DNA from: an uncultured Candidatus Saccharibacteria bacterium
GTDB lineage: Bacteria; Patescibacteriota; Minisyncoccia; UBA6257; 2-01-FULL-56-20
DNA length: 51,522 nt
Direction: 5' to 3'
Assembly: GCA_964483915.1 (NCBI GenBank)
Contig: CAZADL010000002.1
Location: 1 to 51,522, forward strand
In this document: piece after piece, positions 24,560-33,592 of the stretch
Position numbering within the stretch: the first letter of the stretch is position 1
Layout: each line of letters starts with the position of its first letter
The notes under the pieces: generated by a model
Told to the model about the DNA's origin: nothing
The model's database searches: none
What the model saw: the letters and a program-made list of their open reading frames with translations, nothing else
Program-made: the position numbers and the translations under genes

Positions 24560-25672
24560 ATGAAATTCGTTTCTCTGAGATCAAACATAAAAGAGGCTGT
24601 TGGCGCGGTCCAGCGTGCCGCGAGCGAAAACGCGAACCTTCCCATTCTGAAGAATATTCTCATAAACGCGGGGGATGGAGGAATTTCTGTCACTGCCACC
24701 AACTTGGAACTCGCCGTGACAGCAACGATTTCTGGAAAAGTTATAGAAAGCGGAAAGGCAACGGTTCCCGCGGGACTGCTCGCCAACCTGGTTCTTAATC
24801 TCCAAAGCGATCGGCTTAATTTTGAAGGGCGGGGCGACAATCTTGAAATAAAAACAGACAATTACACCGCTACACTCCAAGGGCTTGCGGCCGAAGATTT
24901 TCCTATTACCCCAAAGATCTCAGACCGCGGACACTACCTCGAAATAAAAGGAGCGTTTATTAAGGAAGCACTCCAGCAAACCATCGTTGCCTCACAAATC
25001 TCAGATCTGCGGCCGGAGCTCAGCAGCACCCTTTTTGATTTTTCACTTGAGGCACTGAAACTCGTATCCACCGACGGTTTTCGTCTGGCTGAAAAGACGA
25101 TCGCCGCCAATCTTTTTACCGCAAAGCTTCCCGACCCGTTTCGCCTCCTTGTGCCATTGCGGACGACGCAAGAGCTTCTCCGGATCATTGGAAACGATGA
25201 CACGGTGCGGCTCTATCACGATCCCAACCAAATTCTTTTTAAAACAGAGAACATTGAACTTATCTCGCGGCTCAGTGAAGGCAGCTTTCCGGATTATGCG
25301 GCGATCATGCCCTCGTCTTTTACCACCGAGATTGTGATGAGCCGGGAAGAATTTTTAAACGCGATCAAACTCGCCGCCATCTTTGGCCAGAAGAACAACG
25401 AACTGAAGATTGTGGTGCATCCCAACAAGAAATCAATTGAAGTTGCTTCGGCCGATCAGGCCTTCGGCGAAAACAATTATTTTCTTCCCGCAAAAATAAA
25501 AGGGCAGCAAACCGAAACCCTTTTTAATGTTCATTATCTTTCCGATGCCGTGCGGAGCGTTGTCGGGGAAGATATTTTTGTTGGGCTGCAAGAAGAGACG
25601 AACCCCGCTCTCATCAAGTCCGTCTCGGACGAATCCTACCTCTATGTTCTCAAACCAATTCTGAAAGCGTAG
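24560..25672 (+). CDS. dnaN: DNA polymerase III beta sliding clamp
   Basis: 370 aa and follows dnaA. It has a typical three-domain clamp sequence (ILKNILI.., STDGFRLA.., ETNPALIKS). Confidence 0.95.
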   Translation: MKFVSLRSNIKEAVGAVQRAASENANLPILKNILINAGDGGISVTATNLELAVTATISGKVIESGKATVPAGLLANLVLNLQSDRLNFEGRGDNLEIKTDNYTATLQGLAAEDFPITPKISDRGHYLEIKGAFIKEALQQTIVASQISDLRPELSSTLFDFSLEALKLVSTDGFRLAEKTIAANLFTAKLPDPFRLLVPLRTTQELLRIIGNDDTVRLYHDPNQILFKTENIELISRLSEGSFPDYAAIMPSSFTTEIVMSREEFLNAIKLAAIFGQKNNELKIVVHPNKKSIEVASADQAFGENNYFLPAKIKGQQTETLFNVHYLSDAVRSVVGEDIFVGLQEETNPALIKSVSDESYLYVLKPILKA

Positions 25673-25689
25673 TCATGCGCCCCGCCCGC

Positions 25690-25719
25690 TTGTGTAAAAA
25701 AGGGCAGATTTGCTATAAT
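25690..25719 (+). promoter_or_regulatory. Putative promoter (TTGTGT-N18-TGcTATAAT) for hup
   Basis: The sequence is ttgtgtaaaaaagggcagatttgctataat. It would give a ~55-nt leader before ATG 25781. Confidence 0.4.
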
Positions 25720-25780
25720 AATAAAGAACCTCATCATCTTAGGGGGAGTCCAAAGGTCGGACAAAACAATTTTTATTACT

Positions 25781-26056
25781 ATGAACAAGCGTGGATTAGT
25801 TGAGGCCGTTATGAAGGCAACCAGCATGGAAACCAAGGCGGCGGCCGAGCGTGCGGTTGACGCGGTTTTTGACACCATTGTAAAGACCATGGCGCACGGC
25901 GAGGAAGTCGCAATCACGGGATTCGGAACGTTCCGCGTCGCCAAGCGTGCAGCGCGGGAAGGGCGGAACCCAAAGACCGGCGAGAAAATCCAAATAAAGG
26001 CCTCCATCAAACCAAAGTTCCGTGCCGGAAAATCACTGAAGGAAGCAGTGCTCTAA
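25781..26056 (+). CDS. hup: HU family DNA-binding protein
   Basis: It has the ITGFGTFRVAKRAAREGRNPKTGEKIQIKASIKPKFRAGKSLK beta-arm signature. Confidence 0.9.
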   Translation: MNKRGLVEAVMKATSMETKAAAERAVDAVFDTIVKTMAHGEEVAITGFGTFRVAKRAAREGRNPKTGEKIQIKASIKPKFRAGKSLKEAVL

Positions 26057-26081
26057 AATTAAAAGCAAATATTCTTATAAG

Positions 26082-26115
26082 AAAAACACCCTTGTGAGGA
26101 GGGTGTTTTTCTTTT
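26082..26115. terminator. Bidirectional rho-independent terminator
   Basis: The sequence is aaaaaCACCCTtgtgaggAGGGTGtttttctttt. It has a 6-bp GC stem flanked by an A-run and a T-run, between convergent genes. Confidence 0.7.
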
Positions 26116-26124
26116 GAAATTTTT

Positions 26125-26919
26125 TTAGTGTGGCAGGAGCGATTGAATGAGATTGCTGATAGCAAAAAAGTGTTGATAGGTGGAAGAGAGAGAATCCAAA
26201 GATTGTTTTATGAGCAGGAGCGACTGATCGGGCGCAAGGGACTGGGCCAGAGCGTTTTTGGCGGAGATATTTTGATCATTCGCCGTTTTCAAGGAGACCG
26301 CAGCTTCTTCATAGTCACTCTGAACATCCAGGTTTTCCGAGAACAGCGGCGAACCCGCCAAATTATTGATTTGGGCAAGCCGGGTCGCTGCCACGGCAAA
26401 GAGCGGTTGGTTGTTGGACCATGTTACAAACCCTAAAACGCTTTCGGCAAGCGGCGCATAGTTGTTTTGTCGCCAGGACAGAACTTCTCTTGCAATGGAC
26501 TCCGTTCCTCCAATGCCAACCTCCCCAATTTTTTGGAGCTGGAGCTCATAATAGGAAACGGCGCTTCCCAAACGATCAGACCATTGATTTTTTAGGTTTT
26601 CCAGGTCCGGACCTACGTTGACGCCGTCGAGATTCGCTTTTGCTTGTTGAGCGCTCGCCTCGGCGCAGAGGATCGTCTTGGAGAGTAAGCCCCTGCGCAG
26701 GGCAAGCTCATTCTTAATTTCACTGAGATAATCCAAAGAGGGATCGTTTTGTACGGCCTTAATCGCCGCAAGGTCGCCCTCAACGATGCCGCAAGCATTA
26801 TCACCGGAGGAAGGGGCAATATCGGAAGGGCCCGCGGGAGCCGTCGCGGCCCAGGAGCTTGGCGTCCGAACAAGCGTCGCGAGACAGACAACAAGCGCAA
26901 CAAAAGACAGCTTTTTCAT
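26125..26919 (-). CDS. Secreted hypothetical protein (downstream of the sigma/anti-sigma pair)
   Basis: It has a signal peptide MKKLSFVALVVCLATLVRTPSSWA and a helical-looking mature part. Confidence 0.6.
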   Translation of the reverse strand: MKKLSFVALVVCLATLVRTPSSWAATAPAGPSDIAPSSGDNACGIVEGDLAAIKAVQNDPSLDYLSEIKNELALRRGLLSKTILCAEASAQQAKANLDGVNVGPDLENLKNQWSDRLGSAVSYYELQLQKIGEVGIGGTESIAREVLSWRQNNYAPLAESVLGFVTWSNNQPLFAVAATRLAQINNLAGSPLFSENLDVQSDYEEAAVSLKTANDQNISAKNALAQSLAPDQSLLLIKQSLDSLSSTYQHFFAISNLIQSLLPH

Positions 26920-26938
26920 AGTGTTTTGATTTTAGAAC

Positions 26939-26980
26939 CTATCTCAAAATTGCGCCAGTCTGCGTAGTTTTGAGATAGAT
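26939..26980. repeat. Hairpin repeat, 'CTATCTCAAAA' family
   Basis: The sequence cctatctcaaaattgcgccagtctgcgtagttttgagatag has 11-bp arms. Confidence 0.45.
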
Positions 26981-27057
26981 TCTCACCATGGTGTTCAAAA
27001 GGATTCTGGTTTGGAACAAAAATGCGCCCCAGCGCGCGCATTGTGGGCGGATGATTT

Positions 27058-27513
27058 CTATTTGGAAAGTCCCTGGAGGACCTCGTCAACGGAAACAGGG
27101 GCTGCCGGAGTTGAGCTTGCCGTGGTGCTTGCGACTCCCAAAGAAGCCCCATCCACAACGATCTGCCCCTTGGCCTTGACGGGTATCGATATCGGTGCGG
27201 TACTTACGGCATAATTTATATTGAGCAGATTGATCTCTGTGTCGATTGCCTGAGCCTCCGCGCGGAGAGCCGTCGGATCAATGCTTGAAAATTGGGGAGT
27301 CAGGTTGGTTGCAGAAAGCCCGCCGGTGATTATGAAAATGAGAGCGCCGGCAAGAACGAGCGATCCAGCGGCAGCAAGGGACCGCGCAAAGACGTGGCGC
27401 GGCGAGAACGGCTCGGCCGGCGTAAATGCCAAAACAGCCCGCCGCGAATTCTCGCTGAAGATCGTGTCCGGCTGGATCTTTTTTAATTCTCGCAACGTCT
27501 CCAAAAGATTCAT
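27058..27513 (-). CDS. Putative single-pass anti-sigma factor
   Basis: It starts 6 nt after the ECF sigma stop. It has one TM helix (AAAGSLVLAGALIFIITGG). The assignment rests on position and topology only. Confidence 0.45.
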   Translation of the reverse strand: MNLLETLRELKKIQPDTIFSENSRRAVLAFTPAEPFSPRHVFARSLAAAGSLVLAGALIFIITGGLSATNLTPQFSSIDPTALRAEAQAIDTEINLLNINYAVSTAPISIPVKAKGQIVVDGASLGVASTTASSTPAAPVSVDEVLQGLSK

Positions 27514-27518
27514 GAATA

Positions 27519-28067
27519 TTATTTTTTTGTTTCCGCGTCCATTTTTTTTCTGAGTTCCTCGATGGCGCGGTGTTGTATCAGTTTTACGGCGCCTTCGGTT
27601 TTATGCATCGCGGCCGCAGTTTCTCTGATCGAAAGGTCTTCGATAAAGCGGAAGATGATGGCGTCCTGATACTCTGGTTTGAGAAGGCGGATCGCGGCCA
27701 TCACCCTTTCCACGTCCATTTGCAGCGAAGCATCGTGATGCTCCACCTCGATCGCGGCGCCTTCCACGTCGGCCATCTCGAGAGACACATCGTCCCGCCG
27801 AGAGCGATAGTGGTCAATAACCTGATTGCGCGCAATTCGATAGAGCCAACTGCCGAATGGATATCCGCGGTGGCGGTATCCTCGGATGTTCTGCCATGCC
27901 TGAAGGAAAACTTGGTGGGTGATGTCCTCGGCTTCCTCACGCCGGCCAACCTTAACAAATACAAACCGATAGATCATCGGCTGGTAGTGATCATAAAGTT
28001 TGCCAAAAGCCGAGGAATCACCAACCTTGACGGCGTCTTGTATTAACTTTTCCTCACCGTCTAACAT
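27519..28067 (-). CDS. ECF-type RNA polymerase sigma-70 family factor
   Basis: Region 2 is present (AEDITHQVFLQAWQNIRGY...WLYRIARNQVIDHYR), as is region 4 (LSIRETAAAMHKTEGAVKLIQHRAIEELR). Confidence 0.85.
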   Translation of the reverse strand: MLDGEEKLIQDAVKVGDSSAFGKLYDHYQPMIYRFVFVKVGRREEAEDITHQVFLQAWQNIRGYRHRGYPFGSWLYRIARNQVIDHYRSRRDDVSLEMADVEGAAIEVEHHDASLQMDVERVMAAIRLLKPEYQDAIIFRFIEDLSIRETAAAMHKTEGAVKLIQHRAIEELRKKMDAETKK

Positions 28068-28221
28068 GGAAAACGTTTAAATAATGGTTTAGTTACACAT
28101 TCCAAAACAACGACCGATATCAAATGATATCAAAAACGCCCCATCGGGCATACCATGAGTATAGAATCTATCTCAAAAATCCTCCAGCCCCACCCTTTTT
28201 CGTGATAAAATAGAACCAACC

Positions 28222-29325
28222 ATGAAGCGGTCTTTGGAAATTATCTTTATTGTCGCTGCGGCGACCATCGGTTCGGGTATTTTCGCCCTGCCCTACGTCA
28301 TTCAAAAAACAGGATGGTTGCTGTCCCTCGGTTATTTTGTTGCGCTTGTGGCCGTTGTCTCTCTGGCACACGTCCTTTATTTGAAAACACTCGAGGCGGT
28401 TCACGAAAAAGAGCGCCTGCTTGGCCTCGCGCGAAACTATTTCGGCGGCGCAGGATTTTGGATAGGATTTTTTGCCATTGTGATCGGGCTCCTGCTCGGC
28501 TTTGTGGGATACCTTGTGCTTGGACAACAATTTCTGCACGTTATTATTCCGGGGATGCCGTTGTCCTTCGCCTTCGTTTTGTTTTGGCTGGTTCTCGCGG
28601 TTCTGATTTTTGTGAGCGAAGGGAAGGTAACCAGTCTCGAGACGGTCGGTGTTTCGCTTATCCTTTGCGCCATCTTTTTTATTTTCCTTTCAGGAAACCC
28701 TGTTCGAGCGTTTGTAAACATCCCGCTCGCGGATGCTCAAAACGCCCTCCTTCCTTTTGGCGCAATACTTTTTTCGCTTGCAGGATGGACAAGCGTTGAG
28801 CAGGTGTATGAAATAAAAAAAAGAAAAGGGGAAAAGAAAAACATTTTTCTTCTTTTTGTAGGCGGATCAGCTCTCGCGGCTGTTCTTTATTGGCTCTTTA
28901 CGCTTGGCGTCCTTGGTTCGGCGCCGCACGTTGCCGCGGACACCATCTCCGGCATCGGAGGATGGCCCTTCTGGAAAAAAGACATCCTTGCCTTGATCGG
29001 GCTTCTTGCCATGGGGGTTGTTTCTCTTCCACTTGCCCGCGAGATCCGCGGCGCACTCGAAAAAGACCTCAAATGGAACAGCTTTATCTCCCGCCTTCTT
29101 ATCGTTATCCTTCCCCTTGTCGTTGTGCTCGCCGGCTTTAATAATTTTTTAATGATTATTGGCCTTGCGGGAGGGGTTTTTTTAGGAACCCAATATCTTC
29201 TCATCATTGCGGTTGCCCGCCGCACGCTTTCGCTTTCACGACGCGAAAAGATACTTCTTGATATTCTTGTCGTAATCTTTGCCTGCGCGGTGATGTATGA
29301 AATCATTGCGTTTGTCGTGCGCTAG
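28222..29325 (+). CDS. Amino-acid permease-like polytopic membrane transporter
   Basis: It has about 11 TM helices and an N-terminal TIGSGIFALPYV motif like aromatic amino-acid/APC-type permeases. Confidence 0.65.
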   Translation: MKRSLEIIFIVAAATIGSGIFALPYVIQKTGWLLSLGYFVALVAVVSLAHVLYLKTLEAVHEKERLLGLARNYFGGAGFWIGFFAIVIGLLLGFVGYLVLGQQFLHVIIPGMPLSFAFVLFWLVLAVLIFVSEGKVTSLETVGVSLILCAIFFIFLSGNPVRAFVNIPLADAQNALLPFGAILFSLAGWTSVEQVYEIKKRKGEKKNIFLLFVGGSALAAVLYWLFTLGVLGSAPHVAADTISGIGGWPFWKKDILALIGLLAMGVVSLPLAREIRGALEKDLKWNSFISRLLIVILPLVVVLAGFNNFLMIIGLAGGVFLGTQYLLIIAVARRTLSLSRREKILLDILVVIFACAVMYEIIAFVVR

Positions 29326-29429
29326 CCCGCGGGCCGTTAGAAAATCAATCGGCGTAATTGCGTTGAAAAAAAGCGCCCAAACACATATGCTATATTTGTG
29401 GCGGCGTTCGGAATGTTGATTTTCTAACG

Positions 29430-29503
29430 GCCCTCGTAGCTCAACTGGATAGAGCGCTTCCCTCCGAAGGAAGAGGTTGGAGGTTCAAATCCTCTCGAGG
29501 ACA
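29430..29503 (+). tRNA. tRNA-Arg (anticodon CCG)
   Basis: Manual cloverleaf:
- acceptor GCCCTCG/CGAGGAC with one C-A mismatch at 2:71
- D arm GCTC-AACTGGATA-GAGC
- anticodon arm CTTCC-CTCCGAA-GGAAG
- variable loop AGGTT
- T arm GGAGG-TTCAAAT-CCTCT
- discriminator A; no encoded CCA. Confidence 0.85.
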
Positions 29504-29594
29504 CAATGCGCCGGGCGCGCGCCTTTTGCCTCCCGCGACGACGAAGTCGGCGAGAAGGCACACCTCTCGGCACTCATTTAAAATTGAACAAACA

Positions 29595-30830
29595 ATGGTG
29601 CTTTCCTCAAAAATTTATCTTGATTATGCCGCGACGACGCCGGTTGACCCGGTTGTTGTGCGCGCTATGCGGCCGTATTTTTCGGAAAAGTTCGGAAACG
29701 CGGGATCGCTTCACTCGTTCGGCCAGGATGCCATTGCGGCACTCGACGCGTCACGGGAGACCGTTGCGGTTGCGACCCACGCTGATTTTCGAGAAATAAT
29801 TTTTACCGGATCGGCAACCGAGGCGAATAATCTTGCGCTCCGCGGGACACGAAGCGGGCCGCTCATCGCTCATCGCAAATCGCTCAAACCTAGAATTATT
29901 GTTTCCGCCATTGAGCACGAATCGGTTCTTGAAACGGCGCGGGACATGGAAAAAAACGGCACAGAGGTTGTTTATCTTCCCGTCAACAAAGTCGGCGTTG
30001 TCGATTTGAAAAAACTGGAGACAAGCCTGAATGAAAACACAGTTCTCGTTTCCATTATGTATGCGAATAACGAGATCGGCACCATCCAGCCGATCGCGAG
30101 CGCCGCAAAGATAATTAACGATTTCAAAAATAACCAGCAACCGGTTTCCATCAACCAGCATCCGCTGTTCCATACCGACGCCGCGCAAGCGCTCCAATTT
30201 CTTGATTGTGATGCCCGCGCGCTCGGCGTTGACCTCATGACGCTCTCGTCACACAAAATCTATGGGCCGAAAGGAGCGGGAGCGTTGTATGTGAAAGAGC
30301 ACACACGGCGCTTGGCGCCGAGCGCTGTGCCGTTGATTCCCCACATAACGGGTGGCGGCCAGGAATTTGGCCTGCGCGCTGGTACGGAAAACATTCCCGC
30401 GATCGCCGGTTTTGCCAAAGCGATAGAACTGGCGGGCGACGTGCGCGAAAAAGAGGCAAAACGCACCGCGGCGCTCCGCGCCGGACTCTGGTGCGGAATC
30501 AGAAAAATATATTCAAAAGCAAGAACAAATGGTGTTTTATCTCCATGGGCATCTGGCGGCAAGCGGTGGGCATGTTTGCCGAACATTCTGAATGTTTATT
30601 TCCCGGGACGCGACGCACAAGACCTTCTTGCAAAGTTTTATCTCGCGGGGCTTGCCGTTTCTTCTGGTTCGGCCTGCCGCGCGCGAGTATCGACATCATC
30701 ACGTGTTCTTGAAGCGATAGGATGCTCAAAAGAGCAAGCTCGATCAAGTGTTCGGTTTAGTTTGGGACGGCCAACCACAAAAGAGGAAATTGCCCGTGCG
30801 ATCGGTATTGTCAAAAATGCGTTGAGGTAA
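29595..30830 (+). CDS. Cysteine desulfurase (NifS/IscS class V aminotransferase)
   Basis: It has IYLDYAATTPVDP, a PLP lysine motif SSHKIYGPKGAGALYV, the GGGQEFGLRAGTEN motif and the active-site loop SSGSAC. The start is set at ATG 29595; the TTG 29526 extension is unsupported. Confidence 0.9.
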   Translation: MVLSSKIYLDYAATTPVDPVVVRAMRPYFSEKFGNAGSLHSFGQDAIAALDASRETVAVATHADFREIIFTGSATEANNLALRGTRSGPLIAHRKSLKPRIIVSAIEHESVLETARDMEKNGTEVVYLPVNKVGVVDLKKLETSLNENTVLVSIMYANNEIGTIQPIASAAKIINDFKNNQQPVSINQHPLFHTDAAQALQFLDCDARALGVDLMTLSSHKIYGPKGAGALYVKEHTRRLAPSAVPLIPHITGGGQEFGLRAGTENIPAIAGFAKAIELAGDVREKEAKRTAALRAGLWCGIRKIYSKARTNGVLSPWASGGKRWACLPNILNVYFPGRDAQDLLAKFYLAGLAVSSGSACRARVSTSSRVLEAIGCSKEQARSSVRFSLGRPTTKEEIARAIGIVKNALR

Positions 30831-30938
30831 GCAAACGAGTCGGCATAATGCAGGTTTCTCTCCGCACGGAGATATTTTCCGCATTAGAAAACCCATAGAA
30901 AACTCGCGCGTTTTTGCAAGCGGTTTATAATAAGAATC

Positions 30939-31193
30939 ATGAAAATGTTTTCAGACAAGGTGCTGGATATTGTTTCAAAAATCCCGCGCGGAAAAACACT
31001 AACCTATGCCGAGGTTGCGCGTCGCGCCGGCAGCCCGCGCGTGTACCGTGCGGTCGGAAATATTTTAAACAAGAATTACGATTCAAGAATCCCTTGCCAC
31101 CGCGTTATGAGGGCCGACGGAACTCTCGGCGGGTATAATCGCGGCACAAAACTAAAAAGGAAAATTCTTCGTCGGGAAGGAGCGCTAAAATAA
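30939..31193 (+). CDS. MGMT-family DNA-binding domain protein (methylated-DNA-protein-cysteine methyltransferase-like)
   Basis: 84 aa with YAEVARRAGSPRVYRAVGNIL and the active-site motif IPCHRV. Confidence 0.8.
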   Translation: MKMFSDKVLDIVSKIPRGKTLTYAEVARRAGSPRVYRAVGNILNKNYDSRIPCHRVMRADGTLGGYNRGTKLKRKILRREGALK

Positions 31194-31208
31194 ACAATAT
31201 AGATTTTT

Positions 31209-31670
31209 ATGAAAAAAACAGCTCGATTTATCGTAATCACTTTCGCCGCGATCATTGTCGTTCTCTTGGCGGGGCTCTTTTTTGTTCCGGCAAAAAAAGT
31301 TTCATCGCCCACGATCTCCGGCGCGGGCCAAGAAATAGAGACCTCGCCGGACAAAACGATCTCCGTCGCTTCACCGAAGATGAACGCGATCATTGTTTCG
31401 CCGATCGTTGCAAGCGGAACCGCGAAGGGCAATTGGTTTTTTGAGGCGACGTTCCCGATAAAAATTTTAGACGGCGATGGAACGGTTTTGGGCCAAGACC
31501 AGGCGCGTGCGGAGGCGGACTGGACCACAATGGGAGACGTGCCATTTTCGGCAACCTTTTCCTTTTCCGCGCCGCGCTACGCGACCGGAACCATTGTTTT
31601 TTCAAAGGACAATCCCTCCGGCCTGCCGCAATATGCCGAATCATTCAGCGTTTCTGTGCGTTTCCGATAA
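31209..31670 (+). CDS. Secreted Gmad2 Ig-like domain protein
   Basis: It has an N-terminal TM/signal. The pattern GTAKGNWFFEATFPIKILDGDGTVLGQDQARAEADWTTMGDVPFSATFSF is typical of the Gmad2 Ig-like domain. Confidence 0.6.
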   Translation: MKKTARFIVITFAAIIVVLLAGLFFVPAKKVSSPTISGAGQEIETSPDKTISVASPKMNAIIVSPIVASGTAKGNWFFEATFPIKILDGDGTVLGQDQARAEADWTTMGDVPFSATFSFSAPRYATGTIVFSKDNPSGLPQYAESFSVSVRFR

Positions 31671-31698
31671 CGACTTTGTAATTTTCTCATTTGCTCAT

Positions 31699-32268
31699 TC
31701 AATTGAATGAGCAAATGAGAGTGAATCGATAAGGTTTGTTTTTCCAGACGGGGCCGGCGTAGTCCACACCGATCCTTTTTCGTGCGGTAATCCCCTTTTT
31801 TTGAATTTTGGCATGCCGATCTTCAAACCAGAGCCCGGTTTTTCGAGCGGCAACCTTTCCGTTCTGTGCGCCGGTAATATGCAGAAATTTTGTGAGCCGC
31901 GCAGGTCCGTTTAAAAATATCCATTCGTGTTTTTTGATGTCGTAATATTTTCCGGCACGGAGGAGAACCGCCGCGGGATAGTCTTTTGGTCCCGTTACGA
32001 CATTTACGAGCCAATGTATCCCATAGGTGAAATAGACATAGAATCGGCCCGCTGGCCCGAACATGATCTTTGTGCGGGGCGTTTTGCCCCGCGATGCATG
32101 GGAAGCAAGGTCATGCGGTCCATCATACGCCTCGACCTCGGTGATGAGCACGGAAATCGTTTTGCCGCGATATTTTCTGACAAGATATTTGCCGAGAAGT
32201 TCGCGTGCGACCACGATTGTAGGCTGGCCAAAAAAATACGGAGACAATATCTTTCTCATGCGATTCAA
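31699..32268 (-). CDS. mpg: DNA-3-methyladenine glycosylase (Mpg/AAG family)
   Basis: It has VVARELLGKYLV, ITEVEAYDGPHDLASHASRGKTPRTKIMFGPAGRFYVYFTYGIHWLVNVV. Confidence 0.9.
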   Translation of the reverse strand: MNRMRKILSPYFFGQPTIVVARELLGKYLVRKYRGKTISVLITEVEAYDGPHDLASHASRGKTPRTKIMFGPAGRFYVYFTYGIHWLVNVVTGPKDYPAAVLLRAGKYYDIKKHEWIFLNGPARLTKFLHITGAQNGKVAARKTGLWFEDRHAKIQKKGITARKRIGVDYAGPVWKNKPYRFTLICSFN

Positions 32269-32273
32269 TTATA

Positions 32274-32930
32274 ATGGTTAATATGATTAATCCCAAAGAT
32301 CTTCCGCGGCTCAAAAAAAGATGGCAAAAAATATCGAGAGTGCTTCGGAAGCTTTTCCCTCGAGCGCATATCATGCTTGGATTTTCAAATAACTGGGAGC
32401 TTTTGGTAGCGGTGGAACTTTCGGCGCAGTGCACGGATAAGAAAGTGAACGAGGTAACACCATCGCTCTTTAAGAAATATCCAAAACTGGATGATTATGT
32501 GCGCGCGAATCCACGCGAGTTCGAGAAAGACATCCATCAGTGCGGGTTTTACCGGGCGAAGACGAAAAATATTCTTGCCGCGGCAAAGGTCGTTCGAGAA
32601 AAATTTCGCGGGAAATTACCGAAGACCATGGCAGAGATAACGACCATCCCCGGTGTCGGCCGGAAGTCGGCGAATGTGATCCTTGGCAACGCCTATGGTG
32701 TGGTCGAGGGGATCGCGGTCGACACGCACGTGAAGCGCTTGTCGCGCGTGCTGGGACTTTCGAACGAAAAAACGCCCAAGAAGATCGAGCAGGACTTGAT
32801 GCGGGTTATCCCCCAAAAAGACTGGTTTCACGCGACATACGAGATCATCGAATATGGCCGAAAATATTGCGTCGCCCGTCCGCACCGGCACGAACTCTGC
32901 CCGCTCACGAGAGTTCTCGGAAAACATTGA
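32274..32930 (+). CDS. nth: Endonuclease III family DNA glycosylase (lacks the usual 4-Cys Fe-S motif)
   Basis: It has an HhH-GPD core: LVAVELSAQCTDKKVN, IPGVGRKSANVILG (catalytic Lys) and VDTHVKR (Asp). The C-terminus has only two Cys (CVARPHRHELC). The start may be ATG 32283. Confidence 0.85.
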   Translation: MVNMINPKDLPRLKKRWQKISRVLRKLFPRAHIMLGFSNNWELLVAVELSAQCTDKKVNEVTPSLFKKYPKLDDYVRANPREFEKDIHQCGFYRAKTKNILAAAKVVREKFRGKLPKTMAEITTIPGVGRKSANVILGNAYGVVEGIAVDTHVKRLSRVLGLSNEKTPKKIEQDLMRVIPQKDWFHATYEIIEYGRKYCVARPHRHELCPLTRVLGKH

Positions 32931-32942
32931 TTTTGTTATGAT

Positions 32943-33542
32943 ATGGCCATGGACAAAGCAAAAAGGATAGTCAATTTTCTCTTTGAGATCGGGACAATGC
33001 GGAAGTTGATGCGCATACACCGGCAGACCTTCCTCACGGACGACACATCGGACAATATTGCATCGCACTCGTATCGGGTTTCGCTCATCGGATGGCACCT
33101 CGCGAAAATGGAGAACGCCGATCTCTATAAGGTGGTCATGATGTGCCTTCTTCATGATGTGGCCGAGGCGAGAACCGGCAACCATAACTGGGTCCACAAG
33201 AAATATGTGAAAATCTTTGAAGAAGAGATCACCAAAGAACAACTTGGCTCTTTGCCACATCCAGATTTTGAGAAATTGGTTGGAGAATACAATAAGCGCA
33301 AAAGCAAGGAGGCCGTTCTCGCGAAAGACGCCGATCTCCTTGACCAAATACTGTTACTCCGCGAATACGAGTGGCAGGGAAATCGCGAGGTCGGCATCTG
33401 GCTTCGCGGCAAAAGCGGGCGCAAAAAGAACAATCAGCTTGCGATGCTGAAATCAAAAACCGCCAAGAAACTGGGCGCAGCGATTCTTCTTGAGGACCCC
33501 TCGGCATGGTGGAACAACATCTGGACCCCTAAAAATAGGTAG
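32943..33542 (+). CDS. HD-domain phosphohydrolase (YfbR-like 5'-nucleotidase family)
   Basis: It has SHSYRVSLIGWHLA and LLHDVAEARTGN (the H...HD...D metal motif). The start may be ATG 32949. Confidence 0.8.
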   Translation: MAMDKAKRIVNFLFEIGTMRKLMRIHRQTFLTDDTSDNIASHSYRVSLIGWHLAKMENADLYKVVMMCLLHDVAEARTGNHNWVHKKYVKIFEEEITKEQLGSLPHPDFEKLVGEYNKRKSKEAVLAKDADLLDQILLLREYEWQGNREVGIWLRGKSGRKKNNQLAMLKSKTAKKLGAAILLEDPSAWWNNIWTPKNR

Positions 33543-33592
33543 TCCTTAAATACGTGGAGGATTTCTTTTCCGGAAGATTATCATCCCCTGCG

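Noticed and set aside
29526-29594. A TTG-initiated 23-codon N-terminal extension of the cysteine desulfurase.
   Set aside because: The extension is Arg/Ser/Thr-rich junk that begins 23 nt after the tRNA gene. The conserved NifS/IscS N-terminus (IYLDYAATTP) follows the ATG at 29595 at the usual distance.
32616-33347. A 243-aa minus-strand ORF spanning the nth / HD-gene junction.
   Set aside because: It overlaps two well-supported plus-strand genes and crosses their intergenic promoter. No recognisable family features are present.
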